Shown: positions 23,922 to 40,482, counted from the first letter of the stretch. The stretch: 64,000 bases of DNA from Octopus vulgaris (GCA_951406725.2 OX597829.1:55180001-55244000), one strand, 5' to 3'. The notes: a model not told the origin generated them from the sequence alone. Translations and numbers: made by a program.

Positions 23922-26900
23922 GAAGAATTCACAAAAAGAAAAAAACAAAAGACGAAGACAGGTGGTGTAGACAACAAACAGATGTATTAGTTTAACGCTC
24001 GGGAAGTGAAAAAGTCTTTAACGTTTCGAGCCTACGCTCTTCCATAGAAAGGAACACAGAAAGAAGCAAGGAGAAAAAATAAAGAATGTGTACTGACTAG
24101 CGATCTATCACGGCGAATGCCGGACAGAGGGGTCACACAGGAGAGCTAGGAAGAAGGGGAGATAATAAAGTAGTGGTGTGTAAGAGAGCATGTATGTGCG
24201 TGTGAAAGAGGGCTGGTGACCTTGACGTATGTGTGCATGTGTAGGTGTGTGGATGATGGTGTGGGGCTGGGAAGTGGTCAGTGCTAGTGTGTGCGTGGTG
24301 GTGTGATGTGGTGTGATGTGGTGTGATGTGGTATGGTGGTATGTGGTGTGTCGAGTGGTATGGTGTGGTAGTGTTGGGATGTGGGTGAGGTAAGAGTGGG
24401 GAAAGCAAGGGTGGGGGTAGAGATGAGGTATGTGGGAGTGGGTGTAAGGGATGGAGTGGGGGTATCATAGGATGGATAGGGAAGGTAGGGTTGGATTGAG
24501 TAGGGGTGGGGTTACGATGAAGGGAGAAGAAGGGAGAAGGTGGGTATGGGTGAAGAGGAGAGAGAAGGAGAGTAGGAGTGAAGAGAAGAAGTAAGAGTAG
24601 GAGCAAAAGAGGAGAGGTGGGTGGGAGGAAGTGGGTGTGAGAGGAAGAGAGAAGAGGGGAGGAGGCTTAGATGAAAAAGGGAAGAGAGTTGAGCCCAAAT
24701 GGCGTAAAAGAGCGAAGAGAGAAGATTAATCCCTGTTCACGGCGCAAGCGGGAATCCGGATGGCCTCTGTGCAAGAACAATCCGAACACAGACAAGTGTT
24801 GCAAGGCGTGACCGGTGGAGCGGAAATGGCGTGAGACTGGTGTGTCATTGGCGAGGCGGATGTCTCGGAGGTGTTCCGCGAACCGGTCAGCCAAGCGGCG
24901 TCCCGTTTGTCCGATTTACAGGGAATGGCAGAGAGAGCAGGAGATGCAATAGATGATATTGCTGGAGGTGCAGGTGAAAGAGTCGATGATGCGATAGGGT
25001 CGATGATGGGTGCCGGTGAGGAGGGTGGTGTTGGAGAGGTAAGGGCAAGTTCAGGAGCGTGGGCGGGAGCAGGGGAACGAGCCGGGTTGGGAGATTGAGT
25101 TAGGAAAGAAGCTGTGGGCCAGGAGGTCTCGTAGGTTGTGGGCTTGTCTGAATGAGGGGAGGGGTCGGTTAGGGAAGATGTGCGAAGGGGTCGGACTGGA
25201 GACGCTGGAAGGCTCTGGAAAGGGCGGTGTGGATAGTGGTGAGGGGATATCCACGTAGGATGAAGTGGCAAGCCATGAGTTGAGACTGAGTTTCAAAGTC
25301 ATGGTTGTTACTGCAGAGCCTGCATAGACGGAGGGACTGGGAATAGGGGATGGAGAGCTTGGTGTTTTTAGGGTGGGAGGAGGAGAAGTTGAAGTGTGAG
25401 TGTGAGTCTGTGTGTTTGTAGTGGATGGAGGTGGTAAGAGTGGAGTGATGAATGCTGACTGAAATGTCAAGAAAGGAGACAGAGGTGTCAGAGATAGTGC
25501 AGGACAAGTGGAGGGCAGGATTGAAAGATTTGACAAAAGAGAGGAAGGAGTCTAGATGTTCGCGAGAGAGTGAGGTCGCACCGATACAGTCGTCACTATA
25601 ACGACCGTATAGTTCGGGAGTGTGACCATGAAACTTGAGAATATTTGGGCCTCAACATAGCCAACAAACAGAATTGCATAGTTGGGGCCCGTTATCGTTC
25701 GCATGGCCACTCCCGAGATCTGCGGGTAAAAATTCCCAGCGAACGAGAAGCAGTTGAATGAGAGGACAAGTTCTGCCAGACGAACAAGTGTGGATATGTC
25801 GGGTTGGGGGTTTGGGTCAAAAGTCAAGGAAATGTTGGAGTGCCCGCAGCCCCTCAGAATCACCGTGTAAAGGCTCTGGATGTCGAGAGTGAAGAGAAGT
25901 TTAGAGGGGACCCGGAGAGAAGGAGAAAGAGTTGAACAAACGAAGCGCATAGTTGGTGTTATGGATGTGAGAGGGAAGTGAAGCCAGTAGGGTGGCAAGA
26001 ACACGGTCAAGATATCTGGAGATGAGTTCGGTGGTGCAGTTTCAGGCGGAGACGATGAGGCGTCCAGGGTTGTTAGGTTGGTGGATTTGGGGGAGGAAGT
26101 GAATTGTGGGGGTGCAAGGGGTGCGGACAATGAGGTTGGAGGTGGTGGGGGTAGACGGGAAGAGGAGATGAGGTCATGGATAGTGGAGAACATGGATGGG
26201 ATAGAAGTAGGAGGGGTGGCGGGGATGGTAGAAGGTTGTGAGGGAGGGGAGGGGGTATGTGATGTGGGGGTTTAGAGGGACGGTGGGTTTGGTGAGGGTG
26301 GCAGGAGCATATGAAGGAGGGAGAGGGGTAGTGGAGGAGTTGGGTAGTGGCATCGGGTGTGATGGAATGGATGAGTGAGTGGAGTTTACGTTGTTTGGTG
26401 TGAGCGAGAAATTGATGAGAGAGATGATTTAAATGAATTATGTAACGTAACGTGGTGTTGGCATGGGAGGGCGACTGAGAGGAGAAGAAGGTGGAAAAAG
26501 CCAGAGGGAGAAGAGGTCGATGGTGTGTATTTTGGAAAGTGTAGAATGAATGGATGGGTAGGACGGTTGAAGCAGAGTGGAGAGTGGGGGTGGAAATGGA
26601 GGCTGAAACCTTTAGGGATGAGGCAGTGATGCAAGAAGCGACTGATAAGCGAAATGTGACTTCAGAAACGAGTTTTTTTGAAAATTAGTAGGGAAAGGTT
26701 AATAGAAGGCTGAAAGCAGTGGAAAGGATGTGTGGAAAGGGGTGTTTTAGACGGTAGTGAAGGTGGAGGAGGAAAGGTTTGTAATCGAGCATGATTGAAA
26801 AACGAGAAGAAAAGAGAAAGAAAGGCGAAAAAGGGGAAAAGGGGGGGGGGGAGAGAAGGTAAATAAAGACAAGGGGAGGAAAAATTCAAAAGGTGTGGGG

Positions 26901-27470
26901 AGAAAAAATATATAGGAGAGGTGGGAGAAGAAAATAAAAACATGGAAGGAAAGGACGAAGAAGGAAGAAACAGAGACAAAAGGAGGAAGAAGGGGAAAAG
27001 GGAAGACGAAAGAGAAGGAGAGAGAGGCAAGGTAACAAGCAGGTGCGGATTAGAGAAAACAGAGTAAGAACAACCAGAGTAGGAAGAAACGACAAAAGGA
27101 AAAAGCAGAAAGTACAAAAAAGTTTAGAAAGTACAAAAAAGTTCAAAAGGTTCAAAAGCTTCGAACGTTGTGGTGTATTGGAACGATTTCTCATCAACAG
27201 TGTAATCCATGGACAGAAGAGGTGCAGCTGAAGTGTACGAGAGTAGAACATCCAGGTAGAGAGTCCGGGTAGAATAGTCCAGTGTAGAAGGTGTAGAAAA
27301 TCCAAGAAAAGTTCGTTGGGTAATGAGAGGAGACAGGATCAACTGGTGCGACCACGTGAACGTGTATAGGGAGAATTCACAAAAACAAAAGACGAAGACA
27401 GGTGGTGTAGACAACAAACAGATGTATTAGTTTAACGCTCGGGAAGTGAAAAAGTCTTTAAAGTTTTGAA
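23919..27470 (-). mobile_element. Apparently full-length Penelope-like element (Neptune-like) with direct-repeat pLTRs
   Basis: 23919-24021 is repeated at 27366-27461; degenerate RT + GIY-YIG ORF between; hammerhead-like motif at 24015-24051. Confidence 0.92.
24667..26680 (-). pseudogene. Frameshifted Penelope RT-GIY-YIG ORF
   Basis: IPKGF, TLDIQSLYT (A), QISGVAM..GPNYA (B'), GRYSDD (C), VSFLDI (E), YKHTDSH..SSSHP..SIPYSQ, RGYP, NIIYCISC..IGQTGRRLADRFAEH. Confidence 0.9.
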
Positions 27471-28598
27471 TATGTATGTATATGTATAAAATTTAATAAC
27501 GATCCATGCAGACAAACAATTTCACGTAAATCCCACTGTTAGGCTTACACCTGTTGGACATGCAAGTTTAAGATCTTTGGATAAACATAGCAAAAGTGGT
27601 TACTGTGCAAAGCCTCTTGGAAAACTGAATAAGAAAATTAATATTTTTCAAAAGGAATATTATAATTTCTAAAGGAAAGTTTATAATTCTCGGGCAAGAG
27701 AAGATATAATGGTAAGTTAGAGATGCAGAAAGGAAGAGAGACTTAGAAAAACTGAGAGACGTAATATGCTTGTATGAGCAGAAGTTCATTCTCAGATACT
27801 GGTGCAAATCACCTTTGAAAAGTTGACACCATTGCTTCTTTTCTTGAAATTACTTTTCATAATCGCTTTCATTCGTTCCTTCCTTCGCCCCATCATCGCT
27901 CCATCATCTTTTCTTACTTTTATTCTTCACCTTTCTTTTTCACCCTTCCTTTTCTTTCTTTCTGTCCTCTCTCTTAATTGTCTTCCCTCTTCATTAAGCA
28001 CCTTTAAAATATAGTTAGGTCAATGTAATGCCTCTTCTTTGTCTTGCTTCGTTTGAATAGGTCGGCTGTAAATTTTGTTGCTGATATGAAAGTGTCTGCT
28101 AGTAGTCAATAATTTCCAAATTCTTATATATATATATATCTATGCTCAAATATCATCAACCAACCAATTCAGTATCTCAGTATTGTTATTAATACAAGAC
28201 ATTGCGCCCCGTGGAGATATTCTATGCTGCTTCCATTGATATATTAGTTCGTTGCTGTTTGGCGTTTCCTAGTCATACGCTTGTTTTTGTTGTTCGCAAA
28301 AAATAGACAATCAAACAAAAAGCAACATCAGTCAAAACAACAAAAGCAAAAAAATACAAAAATAAAAGACCATTTCAGAAAATATATTCTTCAAGGTACT
28401 TTCAATAACGAAAAGTGGTTATGTCTCTGACCGATAATCGTCAGACTTGTTTCACAGACATCAGTCTATAAATTTTTAAAGTAGACATTAAATCCACCAG
28501 CCAGTAAAAGCCGATAAATATTTTGGACAACCCTACTCTAACACATATATATATAAGAAATAAAATTTATGAATGTGCTTCAATCTCCGTGTGTTGTA

Positions 28599-28895
<297 letters not shown>

Positions 28896-29244
28896 TATAA
28901 CTGAAATTACATTAATGAATGCACCTTTTATTCCCTTAATTTTTCTTCTTCATTGAAAATTCAGAACTTAGAAAATTTAAGCATTTTTCTAGATCAACCA
29001 ACTCTTTTGCAATAAACCTCTTCTCATTCTGTGTCGGGACGGGGCTGTTACTTAATTTATATAAAGCCTCAGAATAGTGAACTCGAAATGCAATGAGTAG
29101 ATTGGTATCGTCATAACTGGGTACTTCGATTCCTTAAATTTCTAATCATATTGAAACTATAGTTTACGACTAGAACCACCAGTTATTCATGTATAATATT
29201 TCTGGCATTTAGTTCTATTTCTAATAGAACTCTTCTGTGTTAAT

Positions 29245-29545
29245 GTCACGTGGTTTTGTGGTAAGGATATTCGACTCACGGTCGTATGGTCGTGAGTTTG
29301 ATTACCGGCGCGGTGTTGTGTCCTTGAGCAAGACACTTTATTTCAGTTTGTTCCGTTCCCCAAAACGAGTTGTTCCTGTAATTCAAAAAAGGACTAGCAT
29401 TGTCACATTCTGTGACACGCTGAACCTATTTCCTTGATAACGAACGTTAAGGGTACGAGTGTCTGTGGAGTACTAAACAACGAACGGGCTGTTCCGTTGA
29501 ACGAATCGACTGGAACGCTTGTCGTCGTAATCGACGCAATACTCT
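29245..29545 (+). mobile_element. Degenerate tRNA-derived SINE
   Basis: Decayed A/B boxes; TGTGTCCTTGAGCAAGACACTT core; related to 31898-32150 and 60001-60260. Confidence 0.65.
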
Positions 29546-30228
29546 TCTGTAATATCATTTCCCAATTTCTCCTTTATTTCTTCTGCCTGACTTATTTCAC
29601 CAGGTTCATCTACTCCTAAGTGTTTGCATTTGTAGTTCTGTTATAATTCTCTGATTTTAGTGTCTGGATCTAGTTTTATGTTCACAAGTCCTTCACTTGA
29701 ACAATGTCATTTAAAAAGAAATTCACACCATCTTTATATAATATAAGAGTTTTCAATCAAATTTTGTAATTATTGGTGGTTTCAGTTTTCAATTTTTTAA
29801 AATGGAGTCGAAGCTGAAGAGAAGAGTGAAGAAAGGATAAAAAGTTTTTTTTCTTAAATGCGCCTCGTACAGAAAGGGGCTAAGTTGTTTTTTTTTACTC
29901 TCGATATGCATATTAATAATATCTCGGTGTTTATATACAATGTCTACGACGACTGCTGTTTTATGCTGTAAAATACATCTCGGTTATCAATCTATGCCAT
30001 ATTTAATTTATTTTGTCTCAGTTATTTCTCGGTTCACAAAAAGCAATTCTTTACTCTCGGGTGTTCTTTTTTTCAGTGCATTCTTTCTTCTTAGCTTATA
30101 AGTTATTACTTTCAGGAGGACAGTCAACCGGGATATTTTTGCTGTTATCTATGCTTGAGGCCCCTGATCAAGCAGATCTGCACCGCATTTCAAGGTAAAG
30201 AGAAATACGAGAGTGCTGGTCATAGATA

Positions 30229-30829
<601 letters not shown>

Positions 30830-31897
30830 AGTACACTCATTATTATATTAGGAGATTACTACAGCTGATTCTTAGCTTGTCAGCACCTTCACAGCATAAT
30901 GCAGGTTGCTGATGAGTACAGAGATGGCCTACAACAAAATGCAGTTGGGTAGAGTCTGCATGGATTGGATCTTAAGTTATGATGATCCAAAGACTACAAA
31001 ACTACTCTAACGTTATACTCCACCGAGGTTGCGAAGATGAGGTCGATCCAAACGATGGTTGTGTAGTCTAGAAAAGGCACTCATTAGATGTGTTCTAACA
31101 AAAATCCACTCGAAGGTCTTCTGCTAAGAAGAAGAATAAAATTAAAAAGAAGGCGGTAGACAAGGGCAAAGATGGTAACAGAAGTGAAAAACTAAGGTTG
31201 CAGTCGCAGCTTCCCTCAGCTCCAAGAATAATTAGAGCTGAAGTAAAGCCAAACGAAATCATCTTATCCTTTTTAATACCAGTACTAGGAGCCGAAGAAC
31301 TGAGGAATTAGGACGCGAAGAAACATAGGGAACTCCTCTCGCAACATGCAATACGAGCAGTATTTCCACCCTGTCGTTTTGTGGCAACGGGGAGGAGATT
31401 GGGTTTCAAGAAAAGCATTAAATCACTGGGAACAATAAAAAACGAAAGAAACAGAAAAACAGAGAAAGAACGAGCCCAGAATAAAAGATTATAAGTGGCT
31501 GGGTACTTAAGGGTAATTGGAAGGGGTAACGGCAGCCTACTCCATTTGATGCCGAACCTAAAAGACGACAAAATACTGTACAGATTGAAGAGGGAATAGC
31601 GGGAGTGAATGTCTGGTATCTCTAGAAATGAAAATCGACAACGGTGCTTTTTCAATAATTAAGGGATTACTGCCAAAACGATGTGGAATTCTTTACAGAT
31701 CGGTTAAAATCGAAGATGCTCACAAAGGACCCAATTTGCAGAATGTGATCGGAACAGAGAGGGTGGTCAGAGTTGTGGGGCATCCTGGTCTTATTTAGAT
31801 GGCAGCTTCGCACCCGTGTATGGGTGGATGGCTATTTTTGTTTACTTTTTTCAGGAACATGTTTAACCCGTTTTAATATATTACACTACGATGTGTG

Positions 31898-32150
31898 AAG
31901 GGGCGTGATCTAGTGGTTAGGCTGTTGAACTCACGATCGTTAGGTCATGGGTTCGATTCTTGAGCAAAACACTTCATTTCACATTGCTCCAGTACCTCTT
32001 TCGAAAAGGGGGAAATGTTGTTCTGCTCGCCTAGCCAGCTGGGTGGAGTCATTCGAAAACTAAAACAATGCAAAAAAGCGCATTGTGACCGGCGATGTGT
32101 AACATCATCTGATTGTCTGGTCGGTCACGTGATACTATGATATTATCCCA
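31898..32150 (+). mobile_element. tRNA-derived SINE
   Basis: ggcgtgatctagtggttagg A box, gggttcgattc B box, ttgagcaaaacacttcatttcacattgctccag shared with 60001-60260. Confidence 0.75.
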
Positions 32151-32562
32151 CCTCTCGTTTATCACATGTATGTGCACCTCCGCCTGTTTTGCGACCCTTT
32201 TGTTGTAAAATATGATTTTGTTTTGTACATGTAGACCCTTGTAGCCGAAAAGCATTACTAAACGAAAATTTCTTTGGAATATTTGCCAATTAGGTTTTTA
32301 GTTCTTTAGGGGGTATGTCCCAAAACCTGGCGCTAGACAAAACAAATATAAGTTTGTCGTCACAGACTTTATACTTTATTTGTTTTCATACCTTTGATGA
32401 TATTTTTACAGTTCTGACAATATTTTCGCATCAAAATATCTCCAAGACAACCAGCCTGCACTTAAAAATAGAAAGAAACAAAAAAACCCTGAAAAAGGAT
32501 CAAATGCACGGAACAAATGATAATATAAAAACAAATTACATGACCAAAACGAACAATTACTA

Positions 32563-32656
32563 CAAGAAGAAGAAGAAGAAGAAGAAGAAGAAGAAGAAGA
32601 AGGAGGAGGAGGAGGAGGAGGAGGAAGAAGAAGAAGAAGAAGAAGAAGAAGAAGGG

Positions 32657-32695
<39 letters not shown>

Positions 32696-32806
32696 GAAGA
32701 AGAAGAAGAAGAAGAAGGAGAAGAAGAAGAAGAAGAAGAAGGAGAAGAAGAAGAAGAAGAAGAAGGAGAAGAAGAAGGGGAATAATAATAATAATAATAA
32801 TAATAA

Positions 32807-32837
<31 letters not shown>

Positions 32838-32929
32838 GAGAAGAAGAAGAAGAAGAAGAAGAAGAAGGAGGAGGAGGAGGAGGAGGAGAAGAAGAAGAAG
32901 AAGAAGAAGAAGAAGAAGAAGAAGAAGGG

Positions 32930-32965
<36 letters not shown>

Positions 32966-33034
32966 GAAGAAGAAGAAGAAGAAGGAGAAGAAGAAGAAGA
33001 AGAAGAAGAAGAAGAAGAAGAAGAAGAAGAAGGG

Positions 33035-33095
<61 letters not shown>

Positions 33096-33130
33096 AAGAA
33101 GAAGAAGAAGAAGAAGGAGAAGAAGAAGGG

Positions 33131-33169
<39 letters not shown>

Positions 33170-33211
33170 GAAGAAGAAGAAGAAGGAGAAGAAGAAGAAG
33201 AAGAAGAAGGG

Positions 33212-33247
<36 letters not shown>

Positions 33248-33357
33248 GAAGAAGAAGAAGAAGAAGAAGAAGAATAAGAATAAGAAGAAGAAGAAGAAGG
33301 AGAAGAAGAAGAAGAAGAAGGAGAAGAAGAAGAAGAAGAAGAAGAAGAAGAAGAAGG

Positions 33358-33408
<51 letters not shown>

Positions 33409-33745
33409 GAAGAACAAGAAGAAGGAGAAGAAGAAGAAGAGAAGAAGAAGAAGAAGAAGACGAAGAAGACGAAGACGAAGAAGAAGGAGGAGGAGAAGAA
33501 GAAGAAGGAGGAGGAGAAGAAGAAGAAGGAGGAGGAGGAGAAGAAGAAGGAGGAGGAGGAGAAGAAGAAGAAGAAGAAGAAGAAGAAGAAGAAGAAGAAG
33601 AAGAAGAATAATAATAATAATAATAATAATAAGAAGAAGAAGGAGGAGAAGGAGGAGGAGGAGGAGGAGGAGAAGAAGAAGAAGAAGAAGAAGAAGAAGA
33701 TGGCGACGACGACGACAACAACAACAACAACAACAACAACAACCA
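32563..33745. repeat. Higher-order (GAA)n-GGG-(AAT)n compound array
   Basis: About 7 recurrences of the gaagg(g)gaataataat junction. Confidence 0.95.
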
Positions 33746-33926
33746 CAGTAACAGCAACAATAGCAACACTCGCTCACAGACAAATATGTTACATAATTGA
33801 CAGAGCGGTAGTGTTTGAGTCGCCAGTTTTTTCCACTGATGCAATTTTAGATTTGACAAGGCTCTCAGAAAAAAGAACGACTGAGGGGAATTGTGTAAAA
33901 GCAGACATTGTTTCTTGGCTCGGAAC

Positions 33927-34789
<863 letters not shown>

Positions 34790-34790
<1 letters not shown>

Positions 34791-34811
34791 CTAGCTAGCT
34801 AGCTAGCTAGC

Positions 34812-34899
<88 letters not shown>

Positions 34900-34986
34900 C
34901 AGACAGATAGATAGATAGATATTTAGATAGATAGATAGATAGATAGATGATGGATGGATGGATGGATGGATGGATAGACAGACAGT

Positions 34987-35062
<76 letters not shown>

Positions 35063-35082
35063 CAGAGAGAGAGAGAGAGAGA
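34790..35082. repeat. (GCTA)n/(GATA)n/(GATG)n microsatellite
   Basis: Direct inspection. Confidence 0.95.
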
Positions 35083-35969
35083 AAAGAAGTAACATATTTG
35101 TGCTTTAAGAAGTATGGCTGATATTCCAAACAGCAACCGGAAGAAGCCATACATAAAACATCGGGAGATGTTCTCTCGTTTGTGTGTGACTCGGATGCGC
35201 TGGTTACGGATTACGAAACAGTTGCTGTGTTTTCAAAAACAAAAGCTGAGCTAAAACAGACGCTGAAATAGTCAGACAAATCTTGGCTCATTGATAATAT
35301 TTGAGATAGAGGAAATAAACGGATGCCAATTGGAGTCACTAAAAACGAATCGGACTGATCGTCACCATTGAATCACTGTGGATTGAGCAGGAGTGTCGAG
35401 AAACAACATGCAATTGGGGGAAGTCAGGACGGATTTGCAATTCCTAGGTCTTTTGATCTGCCCTCTCGGCTTTATCCCTTTCAGTATGACCGCTAAACCA
35501 TGCAAAAGCTGGGCTTAGATGAGCGCACTGCAATAAAGGGGATGAGACTGATAGTGCAGAGTAAAAGGGTGTTGATGAGTTAGAAAAGCGGAGGAGAGGA
35601 AAAACAGTTGAGAGCAGCCCGGCGATGGATTAACCCATAAGCAAAATAACCACGTAAGGTAAGATGAGTGGGTGGTGGTGGGGTACCACAGAAATGGTAA
35701 ATGGTCTACGGCACCAAAGAAATCACTTTAAACTCGCAAAAATAATACTCGAAGTGGTTTATATGATCGGAAATATAATTTCCAAGCGTTCATGGTGTCA
35801 TAGTGAAGATCTGATCAAAGACTTTGCAATCAAAAACAGGAGAAAACTTTTCAAATACAAATAAATTGGAAGTATAAAAAAATATACATTTTTTTCTATC
35901 TCATTGTTAGCTTTGTTTCATTTTGAAAAATAAAAATTTATTTTATGGTTTATTATTGTGTTTATTATG

Positions 35970-36319
<350 letters not shown>

Positions 36320-37498
36320 TATGTTTGACTTTTGCTTTATATTCGTACAAGTTGGCTCCAAGTCTCACCCAGAGACCTCAAGAGACAACAGGGTTGGAAG
36401 TTCATGTTGTTGTTATGCCTAGTGTGCCATATATTTGGGGGTGGGGATGTTGTACTAATGAATGTCTAAAAAAAAAAGTTTTTTTTTTTTTTTTTTTTTA
36501 AACCGAAAATTATGTTTGTTTTAAACCTTGAGATTACATAGAGAGTATTTTGCGTAGGATATGAGCAGTTCCCATGAGCACAATCTTTTGAACTTCTGCC
36601 ATTTTTGGGTTTCCTGGTATCTGAGTTAGGTAGCTATCAGCCCCTTTTGCTATCATTCCCAGGGCACCTATGACAACAGGTATTGTTTTAGTCTTCAGCT
36701 TCCACATTTTGCTGATTTCTATTTCAAGATCTTTATATTTGCTTAGTTTTTGGTAGGTCTTGACAGATACGTTTATATCGATTGGGACAGTCATATCAAT
36801 GAGGAGGCATGTTCTTTGTTTGAAGTCTTTCAATATGATGTCTGGCCTATTTGCATTTATCTTCCTGTCAGTTTGAATGGTGAAGTTCCAGAGGAGTGAG
36901 ATGTGGTCATTTTCAAGCACTGGGGGTGGTTTGTGTTCCCACCAGTTTTTTTCATGGGGCAAATCTAGGTTTTTACAGATTACCCAGTGAATATATTGTG
37001 CAGCTCTATCGTGCCTGTTGAGATACTCTGTAGGCGCTAGAAGACTGCACTTGGAGACCACATGGTCAATGGTTTCATTTTGTTGCTTGCATACACGACA
37101 CGTTGGACTGCTTCTGATCTTTAATATGTTGGCCTGGTAGTTTCTTGTTGGTAGGCATTGATCTTGAGCTGCTATGATAAACCCCTCTGTTTCAGATTTT
37201 AAGCCAGAGGCCATTAGCCATTGATGGGTCAGGGCTTTGTCGATATCTGCATTATTCGCTCTCTTTGGGTATTTGCCATAGAGAGGTTTTTCTTGCCATT
37301 TATTATTCAGAATATCTAAGGCCGCAGTTTTGGCACGGGTTTTCATGCGCCTAGCTTTTTCTGTGCTTGTTTCTTGTATATCTATCTCTAATTCCGAAAT
37401 TGGTTGTATTCGGAATTCACTTAGATATTCCTTTGCCTGTTTTGTGACTGAGTATGATGCTTTCTTGTTTTCATGTTTTGAGACAAGTTTTAACATCC

Positions 37499-37500
<2 letters not shown>
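36320..37500 (-). mobile_element. 5'-truncated R4/Dong-clade LINE with uninterrupted ORF remnant, inserted in (TAA)n
   Basis: ETEGFIIAAQDQ, CRVC..ETIDHVVSKC (CCHC), RHD, NRPDI..LIDMTVP..K (RLE), PVVIGALG; ORF stop at 36534; (TAA)n on both sides. Confidence 0.95.
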
Positions 37501-37579
<79 letters not shown>

Positions 37580-38136
37580 CATTGAGTGAGCGAGCAGAGC
37601 ATGCCATCAAAGTGACACTGGGGTAAAATATACGAAGCCCAGTATACCCATCATGACTACCCATCTGATAAGGGTGCACCAGGTACATGCATCACAACCA
37701 TATGTGCGCGACATGGTGATCTCATATCAAGATAAACAGCACATGACCTTGCAGGTGGCGCCCAGTTAGAATTTTCTTCAGGTTGAGTAGCCCATCCCGC
37801 TCAAACGGTCCCTGAATAAGGGTTGTTTAAGGACGTTGAACGAAACACCCATGTTTCCAGAGGTGAATTATTCAAACCCCAAAGAATCCTTCTCAACACA
37901 TGGCTATGATGCTCCCCCACTACTTCTGCTCGTGATCAGAGATGCACATATCGTCAGCCACTAAGGGACATGCTCAACTGGTTAAGGTCAAACAACTGAC
38001 AAGCAAATCTGTGGTATTGAGCAGAATATTTGCTGTAGCCCATCTTTTATACCAAGACAAAACAATGTACATGATGACACTTCCAATCAGTTAAGATCAG
38101 AAGCCATGAGAGCCACTGCCTGGTACTGCATCAGGA

Positions 38137-38140
<4 letters not shown>
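37580..38140 (-). mobile_element. About 560-bp non-coding element bounded by (TAA)n
   Basis: Complex sequence with sharp (TTA)n boundaries on both sides; strand inferred. Confidence 0.5.
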
Positions 38141-38218
<78 letters not shown>

Positions 38219-38477
38219 GTTTATTATTATTGTGAATTTACACACACACACACACATACACACAGAGGTGGCGGGGTGGGGGTATAAAATTATTTTAAGT
38301 GCTTAGGCCCTTTATTGGTCATAATCCGCCCCTGGAATATCCAATGCAACAACGAGATCAACGGGTTCCAGTTTCCAAAGCTTGATCACTTACAGTTTCT
38401 GAAACGGCAGAGGCGGTCACGAAATAAGCGGTTCAGGAAATAAGCGAGCAGATGATATTTCGTTGTCCGACTGTAGC

Positions 38478-38512
<35 letters not shown>

Positions 38513-39169
38513 CTCTTCATGTGGCGAGGAGAGGTGACGGTGGAAGATGAAACCTTTCAAACGATCGAGGGGAACATAAAAGGAAAAAAAGAAAAGAATG
38601 AAAGAAAGAAAGACCCGTCTTCCACAAAAAACTCGGGTGAGGACTAATAGAAAACAATAAAAATATTTAAAAAGAACCTCTTCCGTGAAAAAGCTTTGAA
38701 GCATTTCTTCAGAACAATCATGATGCACGTTTTGAGAAAGATGAACCGAATTTTGACTGTTATTCAAATACTAAAATAAGGTTTAATAGATACAATCACA
38801 CATTTGTAGTGCTGCGAATATAAAAGAGATGTGTCGATTACTGAAATGCAGTTCAGAATGGAATTTAGGAAACAGTCGAAGAGCAGGTAAGGGCTGGTAA
38901 AACTAGTAGAGACCCCGTTACAATGAGCTGAAAATAATGTATTCTAAAGAGATGGGCTGCCATATACGCAGCCAATTTTAAGAAATGCTAACAGATAACG
39001 GCTTTTTACGTTTGAGTTAAAATACTATCGATCTGAAGTGTTCCTTTCATTCTTAGGAGTCGATATGAACAAAGTTCAGCACTGGGGTCGATGTAATCGA
39101 CTCCCCCGACACTCGAAATGCATGTCTTTGTGTCAAATTTAGAAAGAGTGATTGTGATTGATTGCTGAC

Positions 39170-39640
39170 GTATTCAGACACGATTTTTGTCTTTCTCTTC
39201 GAAGCCTTCGATTTCATTAATCTCAAAGGACGATCTTTAGAACACGGAAGAAAAGTCAGTGGTCTTCGACGTGAATAGCAGTCAAAGTGATTCTGTGAAA
39301 ATGTGGGCTGCCAATGGGGGAATGCTGGTTAGATTTTTTTCAAGCACAAAGGGCACATCTTGCTCGTTAGTATCAGTTGGTGACTTTGGTGCTCACCAAG
39401 ATCTGGTGGGACTAGCACTCAAGAAGGATGGGGGCTCTCTTAAATTTGCTGTTGATGGTTTTCATTTTGGCATAAACTTATATTTTGGCGTATCTAGGCC
39501 TACATTCAGACCTTTCACCGGCTGAACAAATGTTGGTAGACCTGTTCTGCTAACAAAAGCCCAAGGTCGCAGGAATCGTGTTTGGACGAAATCAATTGCT
39601 GAGAGTGATTGTACAGGTTCTAGCAATCTTATGAGACAGG
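39170..39640 (-). repeat. Dispersed repeat homologous to 46160-46340(+)
   Basis: Shared aatcactctcagc...cttgggcttttgttagc...ggtctaccaacatttgttca...ggtgaaaggtctgaatgtaggcc. Confidence 0.7.
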
Positions 39641-39656
39641 TTATATAGAATACCTA

Positions 39657-39751
<95 letters not shown>

Positions 39752-39754
<3 letters not shown>

Positions 39755-39945
39755 TTTTTCCAAGGAATCTAATGGGCTTAGCTTAGGTTTTTCATTGGGG
39801 CTGGCCAGATTGGAGCAATCTCAAGATTAATCAGCCGAAATTGCAAGGATGATCCGGTTCTTGACAGAAAATTAAAGGCTTCGAATGACCCGTCCGTGTT
39901 TTTTGTATCGTCTATATGGATGTTTTGCGTTCTTGTCCCATTTTG
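39752..39945 (+). repeat. Partial copy of a non-coding dispersed element, inverted relative to 40483-41070
   Basis: Reverse-complement alignment to about 40515-40700. Confidence 0.8.
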
Positions 39946-39957
39946 TATATATATATG

Positions 39958-40007
<50 letters not shown>

Positions 40008-40309
40008 GGTACATACACACACACACGCACACACACACATATATATATATAAATTAGAAAAAAAAACACCTTTTATCATTTCAAAATGAACAATTAAATT
40101 ACACCATCTAGAAAATTACATATAATAGAAGTATTAAAATTAAAATAACAATAAAATACCGATGATTAAGTAAATTGCAAAAAAATAATAAAAACGTGTA
40201 TAATTAGTAGAATAACATATAATACATATATTGTGTGAAATTTGATTTAGTTTGTCTAAATTGAATTTTTTTCCCTGTAAGTTAGGATTAATATTCCCTC
40301 AAATAATTA

Positions 40310-40459
<150 letters not shown>

Positions 40460-40482
40460 TCTATACATACATACATACACAA

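Noticed and set aside
25045-25075. In-frame TGA in the Penelope Cys linker as possible selenocysteine (as in Naiad elements)
   Set aside because: The TGA is not at a conserved Cys position, the ORF has many other lesions, the endonuclease is C-terminal and no SECIS was seen
31020-31890. Possible degenerate LINE ORF1
   Set aside because: Coding-like composition but no motif clear enough to assign
38440-38895. Possible host 5' exon: CAG repeat plus a CAG|GTAAG donor at about 38886
   Set aside because: No supporting ORF or partner exons; RNA-seq would be needed
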